From an uncultured Eubacteriales bacterium (GTDB taxonomy: Bacteria > Bacillota > Clostridia > TANB77 > CAG-508), in contig CASFHP010000010.1 of assembly GCA_949294555.1 (NCBI GenBank), forward strand, positions 34,191 to 98,190: a stretch of 64,000 nucleotides of DNA, read 5' to 3'. The translations under genes were made by a program, and so were the position numbers. How positions within the stretch are numbered: position 1 is the stretch's first letter; every line of letters starts with the position of its first letter. Shown piece by piece: positions 36,401 to 46,254 of the stretch. The notes below the pieces were generated by a model. The model had not been told where the DNA came from. It searched no databases and saw nothing but the letters and a program-made list of their open reading frames with translations.

Positions 36401-37171
36401 TTATGTCCTTTCTAAGTATCTACTTAAAAATTGTTTTGTTCTTTCTTCTTTTGGCTCTTCGATGACTTCTTTAGGGGTTCCCATTTCCACAATAGAACCA
36501 TTATCCATAAAGATAATTCTATCAGCCACTTGTTTTGCAAATTGAATTTCGTGTGTAACAATTACCATTGTCTTTTTTTCTTCTGCTAGTTTTTTGATAA
36601 CCTTTAACACCTCTCCTATCAATTCAGGGTCTAGGGCACTTGTTGGTTCATCCATAAATAGGATTTCTGGTTCAATTGCCAAAGCCCTAGCAATCGATAC
36701 TCTTTGCTGTTGACCACCTGATAAATTACATGGATATACATCTTTTTTATCTTTGATTCCCATTTTGTCTAATAATCGTAAAGCCTTTTCTTCTGCCTCT
36801 TTTTTATCCATCTTTAACACGACTATCATTGCTTCTGTCACATTTTCTAATATTGATTTATGTGGGAATAAATTAAAATTTTGAAATACCATTCCACATT
36901 TTAAATTCATCTTTTTTAGGATTTCTTTAGAATTATAGACTGGCTTTCCATTTTTATATTCTTTTACCATTTTGTCTTCATCAATTTTTATATTTCCGCC
37001 ATCAATCTTCTCTAATTGATTCATACAACGTAAAACAGTTGATTTTCCTGAACCAGATGAACCGATAATGGCTAAAACTTCTCCCTCATTTACTGTAAAC
37101 GAAACCCCTTTTACAGCTACATTATCTTTATACTTTTTTACCAAATTTTCTACTTTTACAATTTCTTTCAT
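36401..37171 (-). CDS. Polar amino acid ABC transporter, ATP-binding protein
   Basis: Motifs GSSGSGKST, LSGGQQQRVSIARAL, LFMDEPTSALD. Confidence 0.92.
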   Translation of the reverse strand: MKEIVKVENLVKKYKDNVAVKGVSFTVNEGEVLAIIGSSGSGKSTVLRCMNQLEKIDGGNIKIDEDKMVKEYKNGKPVYNSKEILKKMNLKCGMVFQNFNLFPHKSILENVTEAMIVVLKMDKKEAEEKALRLLDKMGIKDKKDVYPCNLSGGQQQRVSIARALAIEPEILFMDEPTSALDPELIGEVLKVIKKLAEEKKTMVIVTHEIQFAKQVADRIIFMDNGSIVEMGTPKEVIEEPKEERTKQFLSRYLERT

Positions 37172-37189
37172 CTTTATCTCATTCCTTTC

Positions 37190-37846
37190 TTATGTGATTG
37201 TATAATAATCCAACTTCTTCTCTGCCCTGTTAAATACAAAAGATATGATTGCACACAAGCATAGATAAATAACACCTGCTACACAAAGTGGAACAATTGA
37301 AAATTGATAACTTGCTTGTTTTTGTGCCAACGCAAAAATCTCTGTAATCCCTATAATTTGTGCCAATGATGTTGTCTTAATTAGTGATATTACCTCATTT
37401 GATAGTGCTGGTAAAATTCGTTTGATAATTTGTGGTAATGATATTTTAAAAAATGTTTGCGTTTTTGTCATTCCCAATGTAAATGCTGCTTCCTTTTGTC
37501 CTTTTGGCACACTTAACATTCCACTTCTAAAGATTTCTGCAAAATATGCTGCATAGTTGATAACAAAAGCAATAATCACTGCTACAAATCTATCATATGA
37601 AATATTAAACAAATAATATGGTGCAAAATATACAAAGATAATTTGTAACATCATTGGTGTCCCTCTAATGATAAGAATATATATTTTCATTATCCATGCA
37701 ATGATTTTACATTTTGCATTTTTGGCAATTGCCACTAGAATTCCCGCTGGAATTCCAATGACCAATGTTAATATAAAAATTGATAATGTTGTTCCTAATC
37801 CTTCTAATAAAATTTTTGTTAAATTCATTATATTTGACATATCCAT
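37190..37846 (-). CDS. Polar amino acid ABC transporter, permease (HisM/GlnP type)
   Basis: 218 aa with 5 TM helices. EAA-like loop GQKEAAFTLGMTKTQTFFKISLPQ. Confidence 0.9.
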   Translation of the reverse strand: MDMSNIMNLTKILLEGLGTTLSIFILTLVIGIPAGILVAIAKNAKCKIIAWIMKIYILIIRGTPMMLQIIFVYFAPYYLFNISYDRFVAVIIAFVINYAAYFAEIFRSGMLSVPKGQKEAAFTLGMTKTQTFFKISLPQIIKRILPALSNEVISLIKTTSLAQIIGITEIFALAQKQASYQFSIVPLCVAGVIYLCLCAIISFVFNRAEKKLDYYTIT

Positions 37847-37919
37847 GTTTCATTTCTCCTATTTCTGTATTTTCTTAAATTCCTATTCAGTCGAAAATCT
37901 GCTTTTATCTTGCCCTATT

Positions 37920-38720
37920 TTATAAAAGAACTTCTTTTCCAGCTTCTCCAAACCATTTTTCTGCTATTTCGTCTACCTTTCCTTCTGCTTTTAATTCTGC
38001 AATAGCATTTTCTACTTTATCTTTTAATTCTGTATTTCCCTTTTTAAAAGCAATTACCATTCCTTTTGATTCTTCTCCTATTCCTTCTGCATCAAATGTT
38101 CTAAAATCTTTATTTTGTGAATTCATAACATAGTTTCCTGTAATTCTACTCATATATACAGCATCTACATTTCCTGTTTCTAAATCCATTAAAGCTGTTA
38201 AATAATCGGTATACCCTATTATTTCATCTATTTCTTGCCCAAATTCATCATCATTTAATCTTCTCTCTTGTACTGAACCACTTTGTACACCAATTTTTTT
38301 ACCTTTTAAATCTTCTTGTGAAGTATATTCAGAATCACTTCTTACAAAAAAGATAGATGCATCTTTTATATATGGTTCACTTAATGTCATTGCTTCATTT
38401 CTTTCCTCTGTATAACCAAATCCATTCCATATACAATCAATATTTCCAGAATCTAATTCTTGCTCTTTTGCTGCCCATGAAATGGTTTGTACCTTTAATT
38501 CCATTCCTAATTTGTTACATACTTCTCTAGCTAAGTCGACATCAAAGCCAACTAATTCGTTATTTTCATTTCTAAAACCCATTGGTGGGAAACTATCATC
38601 CATTCCTAAAACAAATGTATTTTCATTATTTTCTTCTCCTTGTACACTAAAAATAATTACCCCTATTACTGCAATTATCACAATTGCTGCTATCAGTCCT
38701 ATTAAAATTTTACTTTTCAT
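37920..38720 (-). CDS. Polar amino acid ABC transporter, substrate-binding protein (family 3), membrane-anchored
   Basis: 266 aa with an N-terminal TM helix. Motifs GFDVDLAREV and the G(V)QSGS segment. Confidence 0.88.
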   Translation of the reverse strand: MKSKILIGLIAAIVIIAVIGVIIFSVQGEENNENTFVLGMDDSFPPMGFRNENNELVGFDVDLAREVCNKLGMELKVQTISWAAKEQELDSGNIDCIWNGFGYTEERNEAMTLSEPYIKDASIFFVRSDSEYTSQEDLKGKKIGVQSGSVQERRLNDDEFGQEIDEIIGYTDYLTALMDLETGNVDAVYMSRITGNYVMNSQNKDFRTFDAEGIGEESKGMVIAFKKGNTELKDKVENAIAELKAEGKVDEIAEKWFGEAGKEVLL

Positions 38721-38820
38721 TTTTAAATTCCTCCTTAAATTTTCTTTTATTTTTGTTTTTAAGAGATTTGCTTGTTATATATCCTAAAATTTGGCGCCTT
38801 TTTTTGGATATACATATTCA

Positions 38821-38862
38821 ACAAAAAGACCTTAAAAGTACTTTTTTGTACCTTTAAGGTCT
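38821..38862 (-). terminator. Leader terminator (attenuator) upstream of the amino-acid importer operon
   Basis: Minus-sense GACCUUAAAGGUAC-AAAAAA-GUACUUUUAAGGUC followed by UUUUUGUU. Confidence 0.7.
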
Positions 38863-38878
38863 CTGTAAGAAAACTAAA

Positions 38879-38924
38879 GGCACAAGCATCTAAAGCTTGT
38901 GCCAATCAATTTCAGACACAAGCT
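38879..38924 (-). promoter_or_regulatory. Mutually exclusive hairpin segments of the leader
   Basis: In RNA sense, AGCUUGUG (38924-38917, overlapping the leader stop codon), CACAAGC (38901-38895) and GCUUGUG (38887-38881). The middle segment can pair with either neighbour. GCCUUUAG just 3' of the third segment can pair with the 5' arm of the terminator. Confidence 0.55.
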
Positions 38925-38973
38925 ATTTTTTATGATGATGGTTGTTACCTTTTATTGTATTTATATTTCTCAT
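38923..38973 (-). CDS. 16-codon leader peptide MRNINTIKGNNHHHKK with three consecutive His codons
   Basis: aagggagag SD 6 nt upstream of the ATG. Sequence atg aga aat ata aat aca ata aaa ggt aac aac cat cat cat aaa aaa tag. Too short for the ORF track. Confidence 0.55.
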   Translation of the reverse strand: MRNINTIKGNNHHHKK

Positions 38974-39004
38974 AAAATTCTCTCCCTTAAACTTATTGAT
39001 TAAA

Positions 39005-39034
39005 ATTCTATCATGCTTATTTAAGATTTGTCAA
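39005..39034 (-). promoter_or_regulatory. Promoter of the leader and amino-acid importer operon
   Basis: On the minus strand: TTGACA (39029-39034), 18-nt spacer ending in TGa, TAGAAT (39005-39010). Confidence 0.6.
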
Positions 39035-39142
39035 TACTTTTTCTAAAATTTTTTATTTTTATGTTAAGTGTTGGTTACTGCCACCCCTCTGTACATAAAG
39101 TGGAAAGCATTATTACTATTCTATGTGTTTTATCTAAAAAAG

Positions 39143-39682
39143 TTACTCTTCATGGACATCTAGCAAAGAAAATACATCTGTTGCGTCATTCAATTCTTTT
39201 ATATTCATAATGACCCCTTGTCCTAGAACAATTCCGCCAGCTTCTTCTATTGCACTTTTTATCGCCTTCATCGTATTTCCTGTTGCATAGATATCATCTA
39301 AAATATAAATTCTTTTTCCCGCATAGCTTTCATTAACTAACTTTGGTAATTCTAGCTCATCTTTTCCATATTCTTTTTCATATTCAAATTGTTTCTCCAC
39401 TGTAATTGGTGGCAATTTTCCTGCTTTTCTAACAGGAATAAAGCCTATATTTAGTTTACTAGCAACTGCCGCTCCTACAATCAGTCCCCTTGCTTCTGGT
39501 CCAACAATATAGTCTATTTCCTTTTTTGCTAATTCTTCTACAAACTTGTCCACAATTTCTTTAAATGTTTCCTTTTGGATGATTAAAGGCATAATATCAA
39601 TAAATTCAATGCCTTCTTTTGGAAAATCTTTTTGTGTTCTGATATGTAATTCATTTTTTAATTCATTTCTTATTATTTTCAT
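39143..39682 (-). CDS. apt: Adenine phosphoribosyltransferase
   Basis: 179 aa. PRPP-binding motif RIYILDDIYATGNT and segment GPEARGL. Confidence 0.88.
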   Translation of the reverse strand: MKIIRNELKNELHIRTQKDFPKEGIEFIDIMPLIIQKETFKEIVDKFVEELAKKEIDYIVGPEARGLIVGAAVASKLNIGFIPVRKAGKLPPITVEKQFEYEKEYGKDELELPKLVNESYAGKRIYILDDIYATGNTMKAIKSAIEEAGGIVLGQGVIMNIKELNDATDVFSLLDVHEE

Positions 39683-39734
39683 ATTTTATATCATTCCTTT
39701 CTCAAGGTCTAAATCTGATTGAAAAAAATATCAC

Positions 39735-40802
39735 TTATTTTACAAATCCACTTTGTACAATCTGACGATTTGGTTGTTGCTCACCCTTTTCCAACACATT
39801 TTTAATTCTATCAATTGATTCTTCAAATTGACTTAGTGCATTTACTTGCACCTGTTGATATATTGGTTTTTGATAATATTCTCTATCCATAATCTCTGTC
39901 TTTATTCTCTCTGTATCTTTTCGATAATATTCTATTTGCTTTCTTTTAAATAACTTCTTTTCTCCCTTGACTGCTGGAAGATTGCCAGTTGGTTTCATTT
40001 GTGCTTGCTCAGCTAAGATTTGTTCATCTGGCAAATTGTTAAAATTTCGTCTAAGAGCAAATATCATTTCCTTCATTTCTGGGGAAAATTCTCCATTCAA
40101 ATCTTGTGCACAACAATCATATAAATTTGCCATCATAACCTCAATTGTATTTTCAGGATTTCTCACGTCTGCTTGTTTTCTTTCCCATTGCATTTTTATC
40201 TCGATGTTCCTTATTTTTTCCCCTTTTAATGACGTTCCGTATAAAAACTTTTGGAACTTAGAATCTTTTTCTTGTAAGGCTTGTTCTTTCTCTTTTTGTA
40301 ACTGTTGTAATTTTGTACCTGTAATCATGTTTTGCACTTTTTGGTTAACATTTGCTGTTATTTCTTGAAACGATTGGGCGTCATGCTCTCTTATATATTT
40401 TGGTATTTCCTTCATGATTTGCTGTATGCCAATCAATTGTTGCTTTTCTTGTAATAATTGTTGGTATTGCTTTTCTAACTCTTCTTTACTTGGTTCATTT
40501 TCGTCTTTTTCTTCTGTTTCATTTGCTTTTTGCTTTTTTATAGCGTCTTCCTCTAATTTTCTTTTGATTTTTTGTATATTTTCTAAATTTTTAAAATGTG
40601 GATACTTTGAATAATATACCCCTAAATCATCTGCCATCGCTTGGTATCTTGTCGCATTTGCTTCTATTTGTCTCATGTATTGTTCCAATGTTTCTGTGAT
40701 ATCTGTTTTAGCATATTCCATTTCATTTTCTAAACTTCTAATTTCTGTTTCTAATTGTTTTCTTTCCTCTTCTGTTAATTCTAAATTATATGATTTTCTC
40801 AT
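39735..40802 (-). CDS. Hypothetical coiled-coil protein
   Basis: 355 aa, Glu/Lys/Gln-rich. Its start codon directly abuts the murI stop (TAA at 40803-40805, ATG at 40800-40802). Confidence 0.5.
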   Translation of the reverse strand: MRKSYNLELTEEERKQLETEIRSLENEMEYAKTDITETLEQYMRQIEANATRYQAMADDLGVYYSKYPHFKNLENIQKIKRKLEEDAIKKQKANETEEKDENEPSKEELEKQYQQLLQEKQQLIGIQQIMKEIPKYIREHDAQSFQEITANVNQKVQNMITGTKLQQLQKEKEQALQEKDSKFQKFLYGTSLKGEKIRNIEIKMQWERKQADVRNPENTIEVMMANLYDCCAQDLNGEFSPEMKEMIFALRRNFNNLPDEQILAEQAQMKPTGNLPAVKGEKKLFKRKQIEYYRKDTERIKTEIMDREYYQKPIYQQVQVNALSQFEESIDRIKNVLEKGEQQPNRQIVQSGFVK

Positions 40803-41561
40803 TTACTTCTCCTTGATTAATTCAAAAAATCTATTTTTCTTTTGTTCACTGTTTGATGAGTCTATAAATTGTATGGTCGTATCTTGTTTTTCGTTGTTTA
40901 TCAAATCTTTTTCTTGTAAAACTTCTTTCAAATGATTAGCTAAATATGGTGCTCCATTAAAAAATTGAACATCGCCTAAAACTTCTTTAATTTCTTCTAT
41001 AATGAGAGGATAATGCGTACAACCTAAAACCACATTTTTTACTTTCCCTGTATACAGTTCTAAATGATGTTTTACATATTGCTTTATCTTTTCTTTGTTT
41101 CCCTCTTCTATGACATCTGCTAGTCCAACACATGGAAGCAATATGGTTTTATGGTTATCATAGGTGTGGTATAAAAGATTAAATTTTTCACTTTCAATCG
41201 TTCCTTTAGTCGCCAGTACCAAAGTTGATTCATTATATGCATAATCATATACCATTTTATATGCTGGTTCTATGGCGATAAATGGTATATGATAATATCG
41301 CTTTCTTAAATATTGCACAGCTTTTGCACTTGCTGTATTACAAGCAATTACAATGGCTTTGCAATTTTCTTTTATAAAAAATTCCACTATATTTTCACAT
41401 AATGCAACAATTTCTTGGTCTGTTTTATCTCCATATGGATTATTTTTAGAATCACTATAATATATGTATGTTTCATTTGGCAATATTTTTATGATTTCTT
41501 TTAAGACTGTAGCGCCTCCAATTCCAGAATCAAATATGCCAATTGGTCCGTTTTTGTTCAT
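40803..41561 (-). CDS. murI: Glutamate racemase
   Basis: Motifs IGIFDSGIGG, IACNTASA, LGCTHYP. Confidence 0.95.
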   Translation of the reverse strand: MNKNGPIGIFDSGIGGATVLKEIIKILPNETYIYYSDSKNNPYGDKTDQEIVALCENIVEFFIKENCKAIVIACNTASAKAVQYLRKRYYHIPFIAIEPAYKMVYDYAYNESTLVLATKGTIESEKFNLLYHTYDNHKTILLPCVGLADVIEEGNKEKIKQYVKHHLELYTGKVKNVVLGCTHYPLIIEEIKEVLGDVQFFNGAPYLANHLKEVLQEKDLINNEKQDTTIQFIDSSNSEQKKNRFFELIKEK

Positions 41562-41645
41562 TTTTTGTTCCTCTTGCTTTCATGATTTGTTATTATCCTT
41601 ATTTTTTTCTAACCTCATAACTTTCCTTTTTATTTTTTTCGTCAT

Positions 41646-41691
41646 AATTCGACATTTTTGAATCAAAATGCAACCTGGCCCGAATTGTCTC
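41646..41691 (-). repeat. GGGGAC-core repeat, family C degenerate copy overlapping the stop of 41690-42310
   Basis: aattcgacatttttgaatcaaaatgcaacctggcccgaattgtctc. It aligns with 7446-7490. Confidence 0.7.
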
Positions 41692-42310
41692 ATCTTATAT
41701 AATTTGTTTTGATTGGTTGTTCTTTTTCTGGTATGCTAATTCCTGCTTTTTTTCCTTGCTCGATACATTTTAGTAGCCATGCCATGTTGTTTCCTAATGT
41801 TCTCATAGTTTGCAAACCTTCTTCATCTTGCATAACTTCTTCTGGTGTATTTCCATGTACCATATTCCAATATTGTGATGATACAATTGGCATGTTATTG
41901 ATTGTGAAATATTTATTTAATTGATCAAATGTTGATGTTGCTCCACCTCTTCTACAACTAACTACACAAGCTCCTAATTTATTTTGAAATACTGCTTTTC
42001 CTGCATAAAAAACTCTATCCATAAATGAGGTAATTGCTCCTGTTGCTGAAGCAAAATGTACTGGTGTTCCAAATACAAATCCATCTGCTTCTTTTGCTTT
42101 TTCGATAAATTCGTTCACTTTATCATCTATAAAACATTTTCCTGTCGACTTACAACTACCACATGCAATACAACCTGATATTGGTTTTACACCTAACCAA
42201 ATGATTTCTGTTTCGATGTCATTTTTATTTAATTGTTTTTCTACTTCTTTTAATGCCGTATATGTACAACCTTCTTTATGTGGCCCTCCATTGACTAATA
42301 ATACTTTCAT
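41690..42310 (-). CDS. Flavodoxin-fold NAD(P)H-dependent FMN reductase / iron-sulfur flavoprotein-like
   Basis: MKVLLVNGGPHKEGCT start with an aaaggaaag SD, and a Cys cluster CIACGSCKSTGKC. Confidence 0.7.
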   Translation of the reverse strand: MKVLLVNGGPHKEGCTYTALKEVEKQLNKNDIETEIIWLGVKPISGCIACGSCKSTGKCFIDDKVNEFIEKAKEADGFVFGTPVHFASATGAITSFMDRVFYAGKAVFQNKLGACVVSCRRGGATSTFDQLNKYFTINNMPIVSSQYWNMVHGNTPEEVMQDEEGLQTMRTLGNNMAWLLKCIEQGKKAGISIPEKEQPIKTNYIR

Positions 42311-42430
42311 CGTAATCACTTTCCTTTCTGTTTCAAACAAAATTTATAATTAATGTCTCGTCTTTGTTTCATTATATCAAAAGTTCTTTACATGTTTCCA
42401 CTATTATAGTATTTTTTTATAATTTTTTTG

Positions 42431-43525
42431 TTACTTTTGGTATGTTTTTACCATTCCTTTTCCATTTTGTGATGTAATCTCTAGTATTGCTCCATTTACC
42501 ATTGCAAATTGAGGAGCAACATGACCGATATCTGCATCACAAATAATTGGAATGTTTAAATCTCTTAAAACGTCTTTTACTGTTTGATTAAAGTCTGTAT
42601 CATAATCATTTCTAATAAATAATGGTCTACCAAAAATAATGCCACGACAATTCTCAAAATAGCCTGCTTCCTTCATTTGCCATAAAGTTAAATACAATGT
42701 AGGTGTACTCATTTCAAACACTTCTAAAAACCATATGATACCATCTTGTTTATATTTTTCAATATAATTTTTTACATTATCATATTTTGTTCCAATAAAG
42801 GTTTTTATACAATCTAAACATCCGCCAATGGCTCTTCCTGTAAACTCTATTTTCTCTTCATTGTTTAAATTTATCCATTTTGTTTCTTCTGTTAATTCAT
42901 AGCCTTTTTCTAATTCTTGTTGTTCTAGTTCTTTACTTTCCTTACTAAATTCTTCTATACTCTCTTGGTTTTCAAGTGTTTCCTCTGGTTCTTCTATTCT
43001 AAAATCGATAATTGCTTCATGCTTTTCAAAAGAGGTTTGCACAATTTCTTCCCCACTTGCAATTTTTAATGCATCTGTTAAATTTCTAAATAATGGTCTC
43101 ATTGCATAGTCTTTTATTGTTTGACAATAAATGGTTGGAATTTCTAACATGGTATTCCACAAATAATTAATGCCTGTTATGTCTGAAAATCCTTGCATCC
43201 ATTTTGGTTTTAATGTTTTGATTTTTTCAAAGTCTAAATATGGTAACATTTCTACCAAAAAATCGCCACCTGTTGCAAATATAATTAGTTTTACATCATC
43301 ATTTTCAAGTAATTCCATTAATTCTTTTGCTCTTTGTTCTCCTGAGGCACTTCTACCTTTCTCTTCTTTTCTAACACTTTCTGTTTCTAGTATTTTATAT
43401 CCCATTTCTTGCAATTGTTTTTCTGCTAATTCTAGTTTTTTGATACTTAATTCTTTGGTTATACCTCCTGATGGTGCACATATTCCTATAGTGTCTCCTT
43501 TTTTTAAGTTTTCTGGATAATTCAT
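42431..43525 (-). CDS. LD-carboxypeptidase (peptidase S66) with an acidic insertion
   Basis: Motifs GDTIGICAPSGG, GFSDIT (nucleophile) and C-terminal DIGHV. Start at 43525 after an aaaggagcg SD. Confidence 0.8.
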   Translation of the reverse strand: MNYPENLKKGDTIGICAPSGGITKELSIKKLELAEKQLQEMGYKILETESVRKEEKGRSASGEQRAKELMELLENDDVKLIIFATGGDFLVEMLPYLDFEKIKTLKPKWMQGFSDITGINYLWNTMLEIPTIYCQTIKDYAMRPLFRNLTDALKIASGEEIVQTSFEKHEAIIDFRIEEPEETLENQESIEEFSKESKELEQQELEKGYELTEETKWINLNNEEKIEFTGRAIGGCLDCIKTFIGTKYDNVKNYIEKYKQDGIIWFLEVFEMSTPTLYLTLWQMKEAGYFENCRGIIFGRPLFIRNDYDTDFNQTVKDVLRDLNIPIICDADIGHVAPQFAMVNGAILEITSQNGKGMVKTYQK

Positions 43526-43727
43526 AAAACACGCTCCTTTAACTTTTTTCATTATAACTATATACCATTTTTTAGGATTTTACAATAAAATGTATTAAGG
43601 ATGTTTAAAATTATTGGCTAATCATTCAATCAATGTAATTGTTAGCATAAGGTAATCTTTTTTAACAAGAAAAAAGTCCTCAATCGAGAACTTTTTCCTT
43701 GTTTATATTTACATAATTTTTGCAATT

Positions 43728-45197
43728 CTAGATATTTTTAATATTTCTCTTCTTAAACACAATAAATGTTGGTATCATCATGATTAAGAAATATGCCACG
43801 CAAATCAAGATAGACAATAACATACTCATACCTTCCATATATGGTAAACCACCATATAGATACATGCTTAAATCCCAATTCATGGTAACAAAATATTTTA
43901 AGAACTGTAAATCATATCCAATTGCTAATTGATTAATAATACTTGATGACATATATCCTAATAAAGAAATGGTTATAGCAAGTGTACTATTTGAGAATAT
44001 GGTACTAATAGCAAATGCAAGTGTTGCTAATAAGATAATCATTGGTAATTGTGTTAATGTTTGTAATCCTAAATTTGCAAATATATTCATTTCTTGAATT
44101 GTATTTGTATTAAAGTTATAGGCGACAGCTGGTTCTGATAAACTATCAAATCCAAATATAACACCACCTATTAGAATTTCCATTAGTAATGTCACAATAA
44201 TAACAAAGATAATCATAATTAATGTTGTAATCGCTTTTGCCATTAAGATTTTGCTTCTTGTGTATGGTTTTACCAATAGCAATTTTATTGTGCCTTTATT
44301 AAATTCTTCACTTACAATGGTTCCTGCTATCATAACAACCACTACAATTAGGAAAATTCCAAATTGTGAATAGAAACTTTGTAAAATTCCTTTTAGACTA
44401 TCAGAATTGTTAATATCATTTCCCGTATCTAATATATATCGGCTTTCTGCTTGGACTTCTAAGTAACTATTATACTCTAATTTTTCTTGATATGTTAATT
44501 CGTCTGTATTTTCAAAACTTGCTAAATTAGAATTTGCCATTTGTAAATTTGAAATCGCTCTATTTAGATAATCGTTCCCATATGGAATTTCTTTGTTTAA
44601 TCTGTATTCTGCAATTTCTTTTTCCGTTTTGGCTGTTTGTATTTGGCTATCTATATTTTTTATGACGGCTGTATCTTCTGTTTGTTCTTTTTGACGATTT
44701 AATTCTTCTATTTGTTGTTCAGCTTGTGCTAAATCTTCTTTTGCAAAATATTTCCAATCATTTTCATCCAATTTTGCAAGCAATTCATCAATTTCTTGAT
44801 TGATGATTTCTACTTGTTCCTCATTCTTTTCTGCTCCATATTGATACGTATTTCTTTCTGATATATATGGTGCAATTCTTTCATTAATAATTGCTAATTT
44901 CCATTCTGCGTCTTTGTGTTGCTCCATAATTTCACTTAATTGTATATCTGATAAGATGTTGATATATGTGGTTACATCACTTGGTTTATCTGGATTTAAT
45001 GTTTCTAATTCACTTTTTAAAGATTGAATATAGTTTTCACTATATAAATAATAGTTTATTGTATTCCCATTATTTGCATACTTAAACATACAGTTCATAA
45101 AGATTAATAATAGAAAAATAACCCCCATTGTAATATAAATGGTTTTCTTTTTAAATATTTTGATTAACTCATTTTTTACTAAACTACTCAATGACAT
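43728..45197 (-). CDS. ABC-2-type exporter permease with a large extracytoplasmic coiled-coil loop
   Basis: One N-terminal TM helix, a ~250-aa helical loop, then 5 C-terminal TM helices. Start at 45197 after a caggggggaa SD. Overlaps the ATPase gene. Confidence 0.75.
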   Translation of the reverse strand: MSLSSLVKNELIKIFKKKTIYITMGVIFLLLIFMNCMFKYANNGNTINYYLYSENYIQSLKSELETLNPDKPSDVTTYINILSDIQLSEIMEQHKDAEWKLAIINERIAPYISERNTYQYGAEKNEEQVEIINQEIDELLAKLDENDWKYFAKEDLAQAEQQIEELNRQKEQTEDTAVIKNIDSQIQTAKTEKEIAEYRLNKEIPYGNDYLNRAISNLQMANSNLASFENTDELTYQEKLEYNSYLEVQAESRYILDTGNDINNSDSLKGILQSFYSQFGIFLIVVVVMIAGTIVSEEFNKGTIKLLLVKPYTRSKILMAKAITTLIMIIFVIIVTLLMEILIGGVIFGFDSLSEPAVAYNFNTNTIQEMNIFANLGLQTLTQLPMIILLATLAFAISTIFSNSTLAITISLLGYMSSSIINQLAIGYDLQFLKYFVTMNWDLSMYLYGGLPYMEGMSMLLSILICVAYFLIMMIPTFIVFKKRNIKNI

Positions 45198-46095
45198 TCC
45201 CCCCTGTCTTTTCAAAAAATGCATCTTCTAATGTTTTTTCTTCTTGTTTTACTTCATAAATTTTTACATTGTTTTGTACTAATTCTGTAATTAAATTTGG
45301 TACCTCTTCTTTTGGTAAATTGATTTTAAATCTATTTTTATCTATTATAACTATTTCTTTTACTATATTTTTTACACGATTTGCGTCATCTACTTCAAAT
45401 AGTTTTAAGTCTTGACTGGCTTCTTTCTTAATTGCAGAAATTTCGCTTGTTTCAATTACTTCTCCATTTTTGATAATACATACTTTTGTACAGAAATTGT
45501 CTAACTCTGCTAAATTGTGGCTAGAAATTAAAATTGCCATTTTCTCTTTTGTTGCCAATTCTACCAACAATTCTCTCATTTCTTTTATGCCTTCTGGGTC
45601 TAATCCATTTGTTGGCTCATCTAATATTAATAGATTTGGATTGTGTAAAATTGCTTGTGCAATTCCTAGTCTTTGTCTCATTCCCAATGAATATTTTGAT
45701 ACTTTATCATGAATTCTGTTTTCTAATTTTACCAATTTTACAACTTTATCAATTCTTTCTGTTGTAATCCCTTTATATAAATTGGCAACTAGTTTTAAAT
45801 TTTGATATCCTGATAAATACATATACATATCTGGATTTTCAACAATGGCTCCTACTCTTTTAATTGCATGTGTAAATTCTTTTTCAATGTCATAACCATT
45901 AATGGTAACTTTTCCACTGGTTATGTTTTGTAAGCCTAGAATTAGTTTTATGGTTGTTGTTTTTCCTGCACCATTTGGTCCAATAAATCCTAAAATGTCG
46001 CCTTCTTTTATTTCTAAGGAAACATTTTTTAGGATATTTCTTTTTCCAAAGGTTTTGCATAAATTTTCACACTTTAATATGGTTTCCATATTCAT
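45184..46095 (-). CDS. ABC-2-type exporter ATP-binding protein
   Basis: Motifs GPNGAGKTT, YSLGMRQRLGIA, LILDEPTNGLD. Confidence 0.92.
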   Translation of the reverse strand: MNMETILKCENLCKTFGKRNILKNVSLEIKEGDILGFIGPNGAGKTTTIKLILGLQNITSGKVTINGYDIEKEFTHAIKRVGAIVENPDMYMYLSGYQNLKLVANLYKGITTERIDKVVKLVKLENRIHDKVSKYSLGMRQRLGIAQAILHNPNLLILDEPTNGLDPEGIKEMRELLVELATKEKMAILISSHNLAELDNFCTKVCIIKNGEVIETSEISAIKKEASQDLKLFEVDDANRVKNIVKEIVIIDKNRFKINLPKEEVPNLITELVQNNVKIYEVKQEEKTLEDAFFEKTGGNVIE

Positions 46096-46254
46096 CCTCC
46101 TTTTGTTTTTTCTTCATTCTAGCATATATGTATTGCAATTACTATTGATTTTTTCTTAATACTTTATGAATATTTTTTAATTTTTCTTAAGAATTTCTTA
46201 TCCATACATGCTAAAAGGGACATGTCTAATGTCCCTTTTGTAATTTATTCTAAT

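Noticed and set aside
38721-39034. T-box or metabolite riboswitch interpretation of the long leader upstream of the amino-acid importer
   Set aside because: I could not find the conserved T-box sequence (AAnnnGGGTGGtACCGCG-like) or a specifier-loop architecture, and I recognised no riboswitch core. The short SD-preceded ORF with HHH plus competing stems fits ribosome-mediated attenuation better.
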